Assembly: GCF_009914755.1 (NCBI RefSeq)
Contig: NC_060930.1
DNA from: the human T2T-CHM13v2.0 reference genome, Homo sapiens
Length of the DNA: 64,000 nucleotides
Strand: one strand, 5' to 3'
Part shown: piece by piece, positions 1 through 12,765 of the stretch
How the letters are laid out: each line of letters starts with the position of its first letter
Numbering within the stretch: position 1 is the stretch's first letter
The notes under the pieces: generated by a model
Databases searched by the model: none
What the model saw: only the letters and a program-made list of their open reading frames with translations
What the model was told of the DNA's origin: nothing
Translations under genes and position numbers: made by a program

Positions 1-582
1 CTATAATTCACTAATTTAGCAAAACTCCTGAATACAATACACTGTTATTAGCTATAGTCCTCATGGTGTACATCCAGTCTTTCTACTCCTTTATCCCATG
101 TATTTGCTACTTTATATCCTTTCATCTACTTCCGTTATTTTCTCTCTTCACCCTGATAACAATTACTCTACTCTCCCTGTATATATTTGACCTTTATTTT
201 TAGGTTGCATGCAACCTAAAGTGCCAGCAAGTAATATTTTATTTCTGTGTCTGGCATGTGATTTATTTTACTTAGCATAATGTCCTCTAGGTTCATCTAT
301 ACTTTAATAAATGGCAGTGTCTCTTCCTTTTTTAAGGCTGAATAATATTCCATTGCATTTTTACTACTATTTCTTTATCTATTAGTCCATTGATGGACAC
401 CTAGTTTGTTTCTATAGCTTGGCTATTGTGAATAATGCTACAGTGCACATGAGAGTGCAGGTATGTTTATGAGGTGTTGATTTTATTTCCCTTGGGTATA
501 TACACAGGGGAGGGATTGTTGTATTACATAGCAGTTCTTTTAGTAGGTTCTTTAGGAACTGCCATACTGTTTTCCATAATGA

Positions 583-941
<359 letters not shown>

Positions 942-1378
942 TTAGAAATTCTTTTTAACAACAGCTAATTTAACAGGTGTAAAGTCGTATCTCATAGTGG
1001 TTTTAATTTGAATTTCCCTGATGATTAGTGATATTGAGCATCTTTTCATATTACCTCTTGGCCATTTTTGTGACATCTTTGGAGAAATTTTTATACAAGT
1101 CTTTTGCCTATTTTTAAATCAGGCTATATGTTTTCTTGCTATTGAGTTGCATGAATTCTTTTATAACTCTTGGATATTAACCCCTTATCTAATATTTTTC
1201 CAAATTATAGGTTGCCTTTTTATTTTCTTGACTGTTTATTTTGCTGTGCAGGAGCTTTTTAGTTTGATGTAGTCCAGTTTATTTATTTTTGCTTTGGATG
1301 CCTGAGCTTTTGATGTGATATCCAATAAATTATTGCAAGGCAAATGTCAAAGAACTCTTCATCTATGTTTTCTTCTAG

Positions 1379-1715
<337 letters not shown>

Positions 1716-2246
1716 ACCTTTTATATATTTTTGAGTTGATTTATGTGTATGGTGTAAGATAAAGGTCTAATTTCATGCTTTTGCAAATGAAGACATGGTT
1801 TTCTTAAAATAATTTATGGAAGGATTAACCTTTCACCATTGTGTCTTTTTGGTGCCCTAGTCACAAATTAATTGACCATGTATGTTTCAATTCATTTGGG
1901 GGCTCTATATTTTGTTCCCCTCATCTATGTGTCTGCATTTATGTTGGAACCATGCTATTTTGATTACTATAGCATTGTAATATGATTTTAAATCAAGAAA
2001 TGTGATGCTTCCAACTTTGTTTCCCCACTCCTCTGCCTCAGGATTGCTTTGGCAATTTAGGGGTTTTTTTGGGTGTCCAATTTTAGCATTAGTTTTTCTA
2101 TTCTGTGAAGAATGCCATTGGGATATTAATAGGAACTGCATTAAATCTATATATTGCTTTAGGTAGTATGGACTTTTTAACAACATTAATTCTTTTAATC
2201 CATGACCATGGAATATATTTTATTTATTGGCTTTTTCTTTAATTTC

Positions 2247-2631
2247 TGATATTGTTTGGCTGTGTCCCCACCCAAATCTCATCTTAAATTGTAGATCCCA
2301 TAATCCCCACGTGTTGTGGGAGGGACCCAGTGGGCAGCGGCAGGTAGTTTAATTATGGGGACAGTTGCCCACATGCTGTTCTCATGATAGTGAGTGAGTT
2401 CTCACAAGATCTGATGGTTTTATAAGGGGCATTTCCCCATTTTTGCTCAGCACTTCTCCTTGCTGCCACCATGTGAAGAAGGATGTGCTTGCTTTACCTT
2501 CTGCCATGATTGTAAGTTTCCTGAGGCCCCCCTCAGCCATGCTTAACTGTGAGTCAATTAAACCTCTTTCCTTTATAAATTACCATGTCTCAGGTATGTC
2601 TTTATTAGCAGCATGAGAATGGACTAATACA
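2247..2631 (+). mobile_element. THE1 solo LTR (THE1D-like, ERVL-MaLR)
   Basis: TGATATTGTTTGGCTGTGTCCCCACCCAAATCTC...GGACTAATACA, with a perfect 5-bp TSD ATTTC (2242-2246 / 2632-2636) inside the L1. Confidence 0.95.
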
Positions 2632-4079
2632 ATTTCTTTCATCAATGTTCTATAGTTTTCAGTGGACAATCTTTCACCTCTTGGTTAAATTGATTCCTAA
2701 GTATTTTATTTTATTATTTAATATTATCATAAATGGGATTCTTTTCTTGATTTTTTTTTGGGTAGGCAATTCTCTGTGTATAAAAATGTCATGGGTTTTT
2801 ATATTGATTTTATATTCTGAAATTTTACTGAACTCATTAATTAAAGCTAACAGTTTTTCAATGGAATCTTTGGCATTTTCTACATATAGGATTATGTATT
2901 CTGCAAATAGAGACAATTTTACTTCTTCTTTTCAGGTTTGGATACTTTTTATTTATTTTTATTTGTCTAATTGTTCTTGACAGCACTACCAGTACTATGT
3001 TGAAAAGAAGGAGCTAGAGTGTGCATATTTGCCTTGTGCCAGATCTTAAAGATAAAGTCTCAGTTTCTCCCCATTAGCTATGATGTTAGCTATGGGTTTT
3101 TCATAAATGGCCTTTATTATGTTAAGGAACTTTCCTTGTATACCTAAAGTCTTAGAAGTTTTTTATCAAGAAATGATGTTGAAATTTGTTGAATGCTTTT
3201 GCTGAATCAATTGTTATGATCAGGTAGTTTTTGCCTTTTATTCTATTAATATGATGTAACACATTTGTTGATTTGCATTTGGTAAACCAGCTTTGCATAC
3301 CAGGAATAAATTCTACTTTATCATGATGCATAATTTATTTTATGTGCTGTTGAATTTGATTTGCCAATATTTTTTGAAGAATTTTGCATTAATATGCATA
3401 AGAGATATTGGTCTGTAGTTTTATTTTCTTGTGGTATCTTTGGCTCACATGTGATAGTCATGCTGGCCTTGTAAAATGTGCTAAGAAGTATTCTACTGTT
3501 TGGAAGAGTTTTAAAACTATTGGTATTAATTCTTCTTTGAAAGCTTTGTAGAATTCAAAGGTAAAGCCATCTGGTCCTGGGCATTTTGTGGGGGGAAGGT
3601 GGGGAGGCTTTTAATTACAGCTTTAATTTATTCTTTTGTTATTGGTCTCTTCAGGCTTTATATTTCTTTTTGATTCAATCCTGTTAGGTTGTAATTTTCT
3701 AGGAATTTATCTATTTTTTGAGGCTATCAAACTTATTGGCATATAATTTTTCTAATAGTCCAACATCCTTTTTGTTTCTGAGGAGTCTGTTTTAATACAT
3801 CCAATTTTACTTCTGATTTTACATACTTGAATCTTCTCTCGTTGTTTCTTAGGTAATTTAGCTAAGATTTTGTTAAATTTTGTGTATTTTTAAAAAATAA
3901 CCATTAGTTTTATAGCTATTTTTGTATAGGTTTTCTGTTATTTATTTATTTATTTTCTATTCTTTACCATTTTATTCCTTTTGCTAACTTTTGATTTAGT
4001 TTGTTCTTTTTTTCCTAGATCCTTGAGGCATAATGTTAGGCCATTCATTTGAGAAACATTTTTTTTTCATTTTTTTCTT

Positions 4080-4449
4080 CATTTCTGAAGGACAGATACA
4101 ATGGGTATAGTATTCTTGGTTGACAGTTTTTGTTCTGTTTTGTTTTCTCACACTTTGAATAAAACATCTCATTGTCTCCTGGCCTATAAGGTTTCTGCTG
4201 AGAAATATGCTGATAGTCTACATGATTTTCTGCTATGTCACTTGACACTTTTCTCTTGCCACTTGTAAAATTCTCTTTGTCTTTGACTTTTGATAGTTTA
4301 ATAATAATGTGCCTCAGAGAGGACCTTTTTGGGTTGAATCTGTTTGAGAATATTTGAGCTCCATGGATCTGGATGTTTATATTTCTTCCAAGACTTGGGG
4401 TTTTTTCAGTAATTATTTCACTAAATAAGCTTATTGACCTTATCTTCAT
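4080..4449 (-). pseudogene. Decayed L1 ORF1p segment (RRM/CTD region)
   Basis: Translation IITEKTPSLGRNINIQIHGAQ...RHIIIKLSKVKDKE...NCQPRILYP..LSFRNE matches L1 ORF1p and is frameshifted internally. Confidence 0.85.
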
Positions 4450-6833
4450 CTCTCTTCTTTCTAGAACTCCGATGCTGTGAATATTTAATTTACTTAATTG
4501 TGTCCCAGGAGTCTCATATGCTATTTTTATTATTTTTTATTATTCTTTCTTTTTATGCTGTCACTTGGTAATTTCAAAAGACCTATCTTTAAGTTCACAG
4601 GTACTTTCTTCTGCTAGATCTAGTCTATTGATGAAGCTCTTGATTATATTTTACATTACATTTATTGAATTCTTCAGCTTCAAGATTTGTGTTTGGTTCT
4701 CTTTTATGATATTTATCTCTTTGTTAAATTTCTCATTTAAAGCATGAACTGTTTTTTTCTGATTTTTTCGAATTACCTTTATGTATTCTCTTTTATCTTG
4801 TTGAGTTTTCTTAGGATTATTATTTTTAGTTTTTTGGGGGGAATTTGTAAATTTTCTTTACTTTAAGAAAGCTACTGGAGAATTATTGTGTTCCTTTGAC
4901 GGTGTATACTTCTTTGCTTTTTCATGTGGTTTGTGCCCCTGTGTTGATGTCTGCACATCCAGTAGAAAAATCACCTCTCCAAATTTTAGATTGGCTTTCA
5001 TAGAAAAAGATTTTTACCTTCAGATGGACCTTAGAGTACCAGAGGGAAAGGGTATGTTGACTGTTTCTGAGTGGATGCGATAGTATAGCATCTATGCCAT
5101 ACTATCAACTCCTTCATTTGCACTCAAAATCAGAGATGACTCTGGATGCCTCAGAGGCCTAGGCTGTAGGAGTCTATGGAAATGGCTATGGAAGTGTAGG
5201 TTGTTAAGACCCTTGGTTTCAAGGGCTTTTGGGATTCTTCTCTCCTCATTTTTCCTTACAATAGACAGTCTTGGTTCCTTCTTGGGGTCCAAGGGGGATA
5301 TTTCTTCAATATACAAAGGGGATCCCTCTTCATGTTGAATATGATACAGCCCACAATCAGCTTCAGAAGTTATGGGTTCTAGACTGCAAGTGCTCAGAGT
5401 GGTTGTGGTGCTGAGGTCCTGGTCTCAGGGTCCAGAGAACCTATTGTGCCACCTGGGTCTCAGGGCATATGTTCAGTTTCTGAGTCAGTGTGGGATGTGG
5501 ATTGCCTACAAAGCTAGGATCTGTGACTCTGAGAACCCCCAGAAGCTCAGGCCCTGGGGGACAAGTTTTAGCTGTAATTCTGTCCCTGAAGGGCAGGGTA
5601 TAGAAATGCCCTGGCTCCAGGGAAAAGAGGATTCCCTGAAGATTTGAGCACACCCAGCAGAGTACAGCTGGAATTTGAGAATGAGATCCAATAGGGCACT
5701 ATGGCTACTCAGTCACCAGAAGATGCAGCATCACATAGTGGTGACTCTGGATCTAAGATGGTGGTATACAGCAGTGTTTTCAGGTTCAGTGGCAGCAATA
5801 AACCCAGAATGGCAGAGCAAGCAATCACTTGAGCCCTGGGGGACAGGGGACAGCTCAGTGATGATTCCATTCCCTGGGTAGGACGTTGTGTCAACAGCTC
5901 AGACTCTAGGGTGTTATTCTAGTTCCAGAGCAGCAGGGTACTACAGTTGTTTGGCCTATATGGGAGTGTGTCTCAGCTCGGTCAATCCTCTGTTTCCCTG
6001 GGATGTGGGGTACCATGTCAGTTCAGTTCTGGGATGCACAGATGCTTGACTTGGCCAAAGCACAAATTCCCCATGAGTCAGGGCTCCATTTCAGCTCAAG
6101 CACAAGAAGGGTGTGACTGCTCTGGGCAGCTAAAGTACCATTTCTCTGTGAGGTAGCACACTGCTTCAGCTTAGCCCCTGAGGGGCATGGCACAGCAGTA
6201 GCTGAGAAAAGCCGATGGAATGGCTTCATGGCAACTTGTCCCCATATGTTAGCATGTAGTATAAGCTTGGCCCAAGGGTGATGAGCCATGAGGTGAGAGT
6301 GGTTCAGAGGTGACAAAGCCTAACTGATGGAAGGGTATCTTGATTATTTGTCCCCAAGCAATATTTATGGTTCCAAGATGGTGTAGTATGATAGTGGTTT
6401 GGGCCATGTTGGGAGGTATGAGTGGGATGGACACAGTGTTGATGCCTTCTCTGGGTCAGGGGGTGGGGTGCAGCTGTGTGCATCCCAGGCAGCTCCCTCA
6501 GCTGGGCTTAGTGCTTGTGAGGATTGCAGTAGTCCCTACTGTGAGGACTGTAGGTATTCAAGGTGGTGATGGGGGATGATGGGGAATTTGCTTACCTTTT
6601 CCCTATAGGAAGAATTTCCCCTTGGTTCTAAGTGGATTCCAACTAGGTGATGGAGTGACAGAGGCAAGATGTTTCCTTCTGTTCTCTATGTGGCTATCCT
6701 GGGCTTCTTTGATCTACAAGGTTTCTGTTACTTCTTTCGTGTACTCCAGTGCTCTCCTTCCGTTATTTTCATTAGAAAATATTATTGTTTCTGCTGTCTT
6801 TGTAGGGGAGATGAGTGCTGGGGGCTTCTAGTT

Positions 6834-6843
6834 GGCCATCTTG
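6834..6843 (-). promoter_or_regulatory. YY1-type motif at the L1 5' terminus
   Basis: GGCCATCTTG on + reads CAAGATGGCC on -, the canonical L1 5'-end YY1 site, located at the element boundary. Function not shown. Confidence 0.6.
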
Positions 6844-6859
6844 CTCTCAATCATTTTTT

Positions 6860-7170
6860 TGGAAGTGTTTTACTAGGCTTACTTTTAAAAATTTGTGTTT
6901 TATGAATTCCTTTGTTTTCTTTTGAGATAATCATGTTTTCTGCAAGAGTGATATTTTCCTATCATTCTCACATATCCTATATGTATTAGTTTGTATAATC
7001 AAATTAACTAGAAGCAGAAGCAGTAGTCACAGTGGCATCCTTGCCTTATTTCTCATTTTAATGGAATCTCCATTAATGTTTTATCAGCACATATATTGTG
7101 TTTTGGTTCTTATTAGATATGCTTAGCTAAATTTTCTTTCTATTCTCAGGATATTAAGTACTTTTTATAA
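6860..7170 (-). mobile_element. Older L1 (L1M5/L1ME) ORF2 fragment
   Basis: GTGGCATCCTTGCCTTATTTCTCATTTTAATGG is the antisense of the RT 'G.RQGCPL' region; highly diverged. Confidence 0.65.
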
Positions 7171-7424
7171 AGAAACTTTAATCTGAAGACAAGTGTTTCA
7201 GCTTTGAGAAAAACACTTTTGCAATGATTATTGCTTAATTTGTTTAGGATAAGATAAAAAGTGGGAGATACTTAATTGACCAAGTTGTTACAGTGACAGT
7301 TTAAAAAGTGATTACAGTAAGAGTTGCACAAATGTTCCTTCTCTTTGTACTCATACATTTTTAATTATGTTTTCCTCAAACTTGAAGTGACTCTAATGTT
7401 GCTATTACTTCAATAGTACCACAA

Positions 7425-7625
7425 ATAGGTAACTAACACCTATAAAGTGTATACTATGTGCTGGGCAGTATTCCATGTGATATATATATATATACCAATT
7501 TTTCCTCAAGGTGTATCATTTGGTAGAGATATTATTGTCTTTATTGTAGAAACATTGAACCAGTTATAGTAAAGAAAAAGTGATATTTTCAAAGCCATCC
7601 AGCTGATTATTGGCCATAATGGAAG
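7425..7625 (-). mobile_element. MIR
   Basis: TACTATGTGCTGGGCAGTATT...TATTATTGTCTTTATTGTAGAAAC...AAAGCCATCCAGCT resembles antisense MIR. Confidence 0.6.
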
Positions 7626-7629
7626 GTAT

Positions 7630-8093
7630 CGGGTGATGATGGCACATTACCCAAATGCCTCTCACAACCCCTCCCCATTTAAATCTCAAATAATGATTTC
7701 CTCTGTTATATTTCTGTATATCACCAAGAGATGAACTTCTGTTTCTCTCCTGTTTGTTTTGCATTCTTTCTCATGCATAATAATGATCTATGTTTGGATT
7801 TGTGTCTTTTGGATCCACCATTTATTATTTTCTGCTGTATGTAGCAGTGGTAGTATCCAGCAACAGATCTTGTTGATGGCACTGGTAGTACCTCTGGGGC
7901 ATCCAAACAAGAGTATTTCTTCATCATACTCTTGGCCGTGGTTCCCTCTACAAAGCTTCTGTTGTTTTCTGCCCATTTTCTTAGCAGGTACCCCATCATG
8001 CCAGCTAATTCTGTGAGCTACCCAACATTCTTTCAACAATTATCCTTTTAGCTAGAACTGCTTTTTCTGCTCACATCCAAAATTTCCAACTGA
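7630..8093 (+). mobile_element. ERVL-class LTR (putative 5' LTR)
   Basis: 3' end TTCTGTGAGCTACCCAACATTCTTTCAACAATTATCCTTT...CCAACTGA resembles the LTR16-type ERVL LTR end, and is followed by the PBS-like AAATTGGTACCTGGGAATGGGG. Confidence 0.65.
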
Positions 8094-10372
8094 GAGAGAA
8101 ATTGGTACCTGGGAATGGGGTGCATCAGATACTTTCAAGGAAATGTGGAAACTATTAATTGTTCATCTGGCATAGCTGGGGCAGAAACCAGTCAAAATCT
8201 TGCTTAAATGCCAAGACAGGAATTCAGTAATAGTGAAAAAGTTAATCAAATTGTTGTCTGTAGTCACCTGGCATCATTGCAGTGATGCTTTGGGAATTGA
8301 ATTGCCCCCACCACAGAATAGTGGGGTGTACGTGAGGAATTTATGGACTTAGAGAAGGGGCAGCTGTTTTGAACATCAATGGACAGCTTAAAGAAACAGA
8401 ATGACAAGTTAAAATCCTTGAATTCTAGGCTCATAGCACAGACTGAAATACATGGAGTTTCTAGGATCAAGATAAAAGAATCTCTTATCTTTTGTTGCTG
8501 CAGGGACTGAGCTGGCAAAAAACAAAATGTGGTATTAGAGATAGTAAAATTAGACTATCAGTTGAATTCAGAGCTTTTCCTCGTCTCTTACGTAAAAATT
8601 AGAGAATTGGTAGGGAAAGATATTTTGGCACCCTGAACACTAACTCCCATTGATAGCCCATTGACACTGAAGAATACACTATGAAAATTCCTTGTACCTC
8701 TTCTTAAAGACACCCATCGCGACTTACCAAGGTAAGGATGCCCTGGGAAAATGGAACTGCTAAGATCTTTTGGAGATGCTTAGACACAAGCATTAAACAC
8801 ATTAATCTATTTTGCCAATTGGGAGGATTTTCTCTCTGAAACCTACTGGATGACTTGTGGAGCTCATGGGCAAAATAATGCCACGAGAAGTCCAGTTTTC
8901 TCTTGTGCTTTGATAATAGTTTCAAATTGCCTTAAATATCAACTTACCAGAATTTACGGCAAATGGCTGCCAGTTTGCCTAGAAACTAGATAAGGGATCT
9001 CAAAGGAACTGACGTGGGGGACTAATGACAGATTTTTTTTTTTTGGTGGGAGTGGGGCATTGGGGAAGAGAATCATGGAAGAATTTTTTAAAATGGGCTC
9101 AGAACATAAAGAATATTCATGCTACATATTAATGCAAAGGACATTTCTAGCCAAACAGCTCATACATTTAGATGGACAAGATAACCTAATCTCCCAATGT
9201 AGGTCATCTTCCTTCTATAGCAACTTTAGAATTTAATGAACAAAGTGGCCATGATTGAAAAGATAGTGGCTACTCACAAGCACAACAACACAGGTTTCCC
9301 CTTAGCAGTGTACCAAGATATTTTACCAAAAGTAGTAAATACAAACCTACAATACTATAGGATAACTGTTTGGACAAGTGTTTGTTTGAAGTCAGTTGAT
9401 GATTGTTTTACTGCTTTTGTCGTGAAGGATTCATGTAGTGCCTCAAGTCAGCATCGTTATACCTTACACAACTGAATGCTTAATTCAATGTCATTATATT
9501 TCTCATAATTTCTTCCAAGCAAGGAACTCAATTTCCTATGAACAAAGCAGGAAAATGGGGTAATGCCCTTAGGTTACTTTAGTCTTATATACTTTATTGA
9601 AGAATAAGTTAGGTATCATGTCATAGGATACTACCTATGATTTGAAACATTTGAAACATATATATTGCTATTTATTTCAGTCAGTACACAATAGAATTGA
9701 AATTAGTACATCTTCCAATTAAACCTAATTAGTTATTCACAATATCTTTATTCCTATCTCTGAAATAATGGGAATACTGGTTTAGAAACTAGTAATATTC
9801 AAGGGAGAAATGTTACACCAGGGTATTCAGTAATGGTTGCATGGGAGTAAACATTGCCAGCTGGCCAATTCAGAATCTCATGACCTGAGTCAGCAAACAA
9901 TCAGGTGGGTTAGTGTGTTGTATAGGGTAATTGATATTGAAAGTCAAGAGGAAAGATAATTGATGATACATAATACATCAGGAAGGGTGGGTCCCCAGTT
10001 GGTCCCATGGGGAATTTTTATGTGACCATATTTATTTGTAAAAGACTGAGCTGTACATATAAAACTGGCAGGAGTTCAGAACCCCTACGAATGAAAGATT
10101 TACATAAATCTACTTTTCCTTTCTTTCAGTCACTACTATGGCAAGATCAAGACTGGATCTAGGAGATCTCGGTTCAATATGGAGATTATCCAGAGATTCT
10201 ACTGTTGGAGCCAGATGCTATAACTGAAGAGGGTTAAAACTGTCTCCTTTTGGGACACCGGTAAACTGGATTTTTGCTATGAGAGGAAGTTTCATAGTAC
10301 AAGACAGGAAGTTTTTTTGATTAGAATGGGCAAAAGATTTTATATGAATTCTAGGTTGCCAAAGAGATAATT
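8094..10372 (+). mobile_element. ERV-L internal region (ERVL-E/ERV3-16A3-like): decayed gag, pro, RNaseH/IN and dUTPase
   Basis: Gag 8379-8621 MDSLKKQNDKLKSLNSRL...LNSELFLVSYVKIRELVGKD; protease-like IFWRCLDTS at ~8764; IN zinc-finger NEQSGHD*KDSGYSQAQQHRFPL at 9235-9303; dUTPase-like TLPAGQFR and VSVLYRVIDIESQEER*LMIHN at ~9850-9975. Multiple stops and frameshifts. Confidence 0.85.
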
Positions 10373-11060
10373 GCTAGTGGGAATGTTGTGAACCTATCAT
10401 GCACATGTTTACCTTATTTGGGATTAAAATCCATACTATGGGCTGGGCGTGGTGGCTCACGCCTGTAATTCCAGTACTTTGGGAGGCCGAGGCGGATGGA
10501 TCATGAGGTCAGGAGTTTGAGAAGATCCTGACTAACATGGTGAAACCCTGTCTCTACTAAAAATACAAAAATTAGCCGGGCATGGTAGCATGCATCTGTA
10601 GTCCCAGCTACTCCATTCCACTCCAGTCTGGGTGACAGAGCAAGACTCTGTCAAAGAAAAAAAAAAAAAAAAATCCTTACTATGTAAATCTTGGAGGAAG
10701 CCAGAATTTAAGGTCAGACTGAAAAGGTCATATATTCTTCTTTCTTTCCCCTGGCACCTAGAGCAGGGCAACTGACTAGGTTCAACCTACTGGATGGCCC
10801 ACTTTGAATTTTCAGGAAGTAATACAAAATTTAAAAAGGCCTGTGAAAAATTATTGACCATCGCTGTGTTCACGGCAGCTGTGCCCAGTGACAGTAGGTC
10901 TGGTTCAGTGGTATTCAGGAACAACAGAGTGAGTGGTTCTTGTGTTCTAACCAGGAAATTCCTCCAGTGGAAATTACCTGTATTTTCTGATGTTTGACCT
11001 TCCTGTTTTCCCAAATATTGTTATCAAGCTTTTGAGTTAATTCTAGTATCTACTCAGTAG
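10373..11060 (+). mobile_element. ERVL-class LTR (putative 3' LTR), interrupted by an Alu
   Basis: Follows the ERVL internal 3' end; contains LTR16-like TTTCCCCTGGCACCTAGAGCAGGGCAACTGACTAGG. Ends GAGTTAATTCTAGTATCTACTCAG, similar to the upstream LTR's CAGCTAATTCTGTGAGCTACCCAA. Confidence 0.5.
10441..10669 (+). mobile_element. AluS with ~66-nt internal right-arm deletion
   Basis: CCCAGCTACTC is joined directly to CATTCCACTCCAG; 15-bp TSD AAAATCC(A/T)TACTATG at 10426-10440 / 10670-10684. Confidence 0.93.
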
Positions 11061-11074
11061 GCTCCTGTCTATTG

Positions 11075-11350
11075 AATCTTTTCAGGATTCAAATCCAACT
11101 TCAACATTACCTCCAATCAAATGCTCTCCCTGGACCCTACATTGCTAATTGAAATGCCATTCTAAAAGCTTCATATTATAGCTCCTGTCATGGCACTTCT
11201 CATATTTTGTTATAATTGTTTTCTTTGTCATATTAACTTCCCAAGTAGAAAGTCGAAAGGACTAAAACTTTCCTGTGGTTAAGAAAATCTAGCCTCATAT
11301 AAGGTTTGATAAAGTAGGAATCCTGCAACTGTGTTTCTAATCAATGAGTA
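11075..11350 (+). mobile_element. L2 3' fragment
   Basis: CAACTTCAACATTACCTCC...ATGGCACTTCTCATATTTTGTTATAATTG...AAAGTAGG follows the L2 3'-end layout; very diverged. Confidence 0.55.
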
Positions 11351-11375
11351 TAGTTGACCTCTGGTTGTTACCTTA

Positions 11376-12070
11376 CATAGTTACTAAGTTATTGCCTCTC
11401 AGCTCACGCTGTTTCTTCTACACTCTGCGCTGTGAAGCTGGACTGGAAATCTGCAAGCTTCATGTCTGCTTTGCCAGCTGCCTTCCTCTTAGCCTTGGCT
11501 AGTAGAAAGCACTAGAGGGAGCTGTAAGGATGGAAGAGGGAAAAGAGACTTGCTCCATTTTGTTTGTTTGGTGCTGGCTTCCCATTTGCTTCCTGTCATT
11601 GAGCATCACCTTAGCCTCATCTCACCTCTTCCTGCTGGTAGCAGCAGTTTGTCTCTGTAGAATGTTTAATTGACTTTGCAGTTCTTCAACATTTGCAGAA
11701 TCACTCTCAATGTGCTCCTGCAAAAATAGCAGCCCCTGATGCTGTCAATCAGCATTCCTCTTCAGAGGCCTGGGTCCTAGTCCCATAAGATATTTCCCTC
11801 AAGCAAAGAGACACAGGCATGGGTGAAGCAGCACACTTTATCTGAGGTCTGAGTTTCAGCTCTGCACAGATCTTCCTCCAAGACTGTGTTTGCATACCCG
11901 GTCATAGTAGGGTAGCTGCAGCCTATAGAAACTCCTTCCATAACAATGCAATTATTTTTCTTTTTGCCATTTTAAGTCTTTAGTACCTAATTAACAATTG
12001 TTTATATAAAACCATTTCTGTTAAAATAACTGACTTGATTTTGTCTTCTGAATGGACCCTAACTGATACA
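11376..12070 (+). mobile_element. ERVL solo LTR (LTR41/LTR33-like)
   Basis: Starts TAGTTACTAAGTTATTGCCTCTCAGCTC, contains CTGCTTTGCCAGCTG...CTAGAGGGAG, and ends GGACCCTAACTGATACA. Confidence 0.8.
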
Positions 12071-12316
12071 CAATCATTCTAGAGTAATATATGCAAAAGC
12101 ATGCTTGATGTTACCCTGAACTGTTCTGGCCCATTTAAACCACAAGTATGCAGAAAAGTGCATCCTTCTGCATGTGATATATTGACTCAGAGAACTAGAA
12201 CAATTCAGGTGCTTAGGCCAATTTGAATTGTATTTTCAGTATTCAAAATCAAAAGATGTAATGAGGATGTTCATGTTTTACTCTATTTTTGTATTGTTTA
12301 TTTATAAAATTAATCA

Positions 12317-12765
12317 TGTCAGGGTATTGCATATAACAGATTATGTCCTCAAATTGGATAATTTGAGATGAAATTAATAAAATGATGACCTACAAACCTG
12401 GAACAGGGTATAGAGAAATCAAAAGAGATTTCTATACCCCAGGGCCAGTTATAGTGGAGAGACCTGTAATCACCCTTATATCTGAAAGGACTAAAACCCG
12501 TAGAGCGATTCATGTAGCAAGCATCACCCGTCAAGAGCTGTGACCTTTGGCAGAGGTATACAATCAACCTGCAGAAAAGAAGCGAGGAAAATAAATTTTC
12601 CTACCTACCTCTGATCTCCTGCCAGGGATATCCATTAGCCAAACTCCACTAGAAACTGCAGGGCAAGGGAAACACTTGATGCAGTTCATAGAGATCGTTG
12701 TCCTGTGGGTCTACCAGGGAGCAGTGGAGGGCAGAAGATCTGATGGAGTGAATGGAATACAGCTT
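12317..12765 (-). mobile_element. ERVL solo LTR (LTR40-like)
   Basis: TGTCAGGG...CTCAAATTGGATAATTTGAG...AGAGCTGTGACCTTTGGCAGAGG...CTCTGATCTCCTGCCAGGG...CCATTAGCCAAAC resembles antisense LTR40. Confidence 0.7.

Noticed and set aside
2527-2540. PRDM9 13-mer hotspot motif in the THE1 LTR
   Set aside because: CCCCCCTCAGCCAT has an extra base and a terminal mismatch relative to CCNCCNTNNCCNC.
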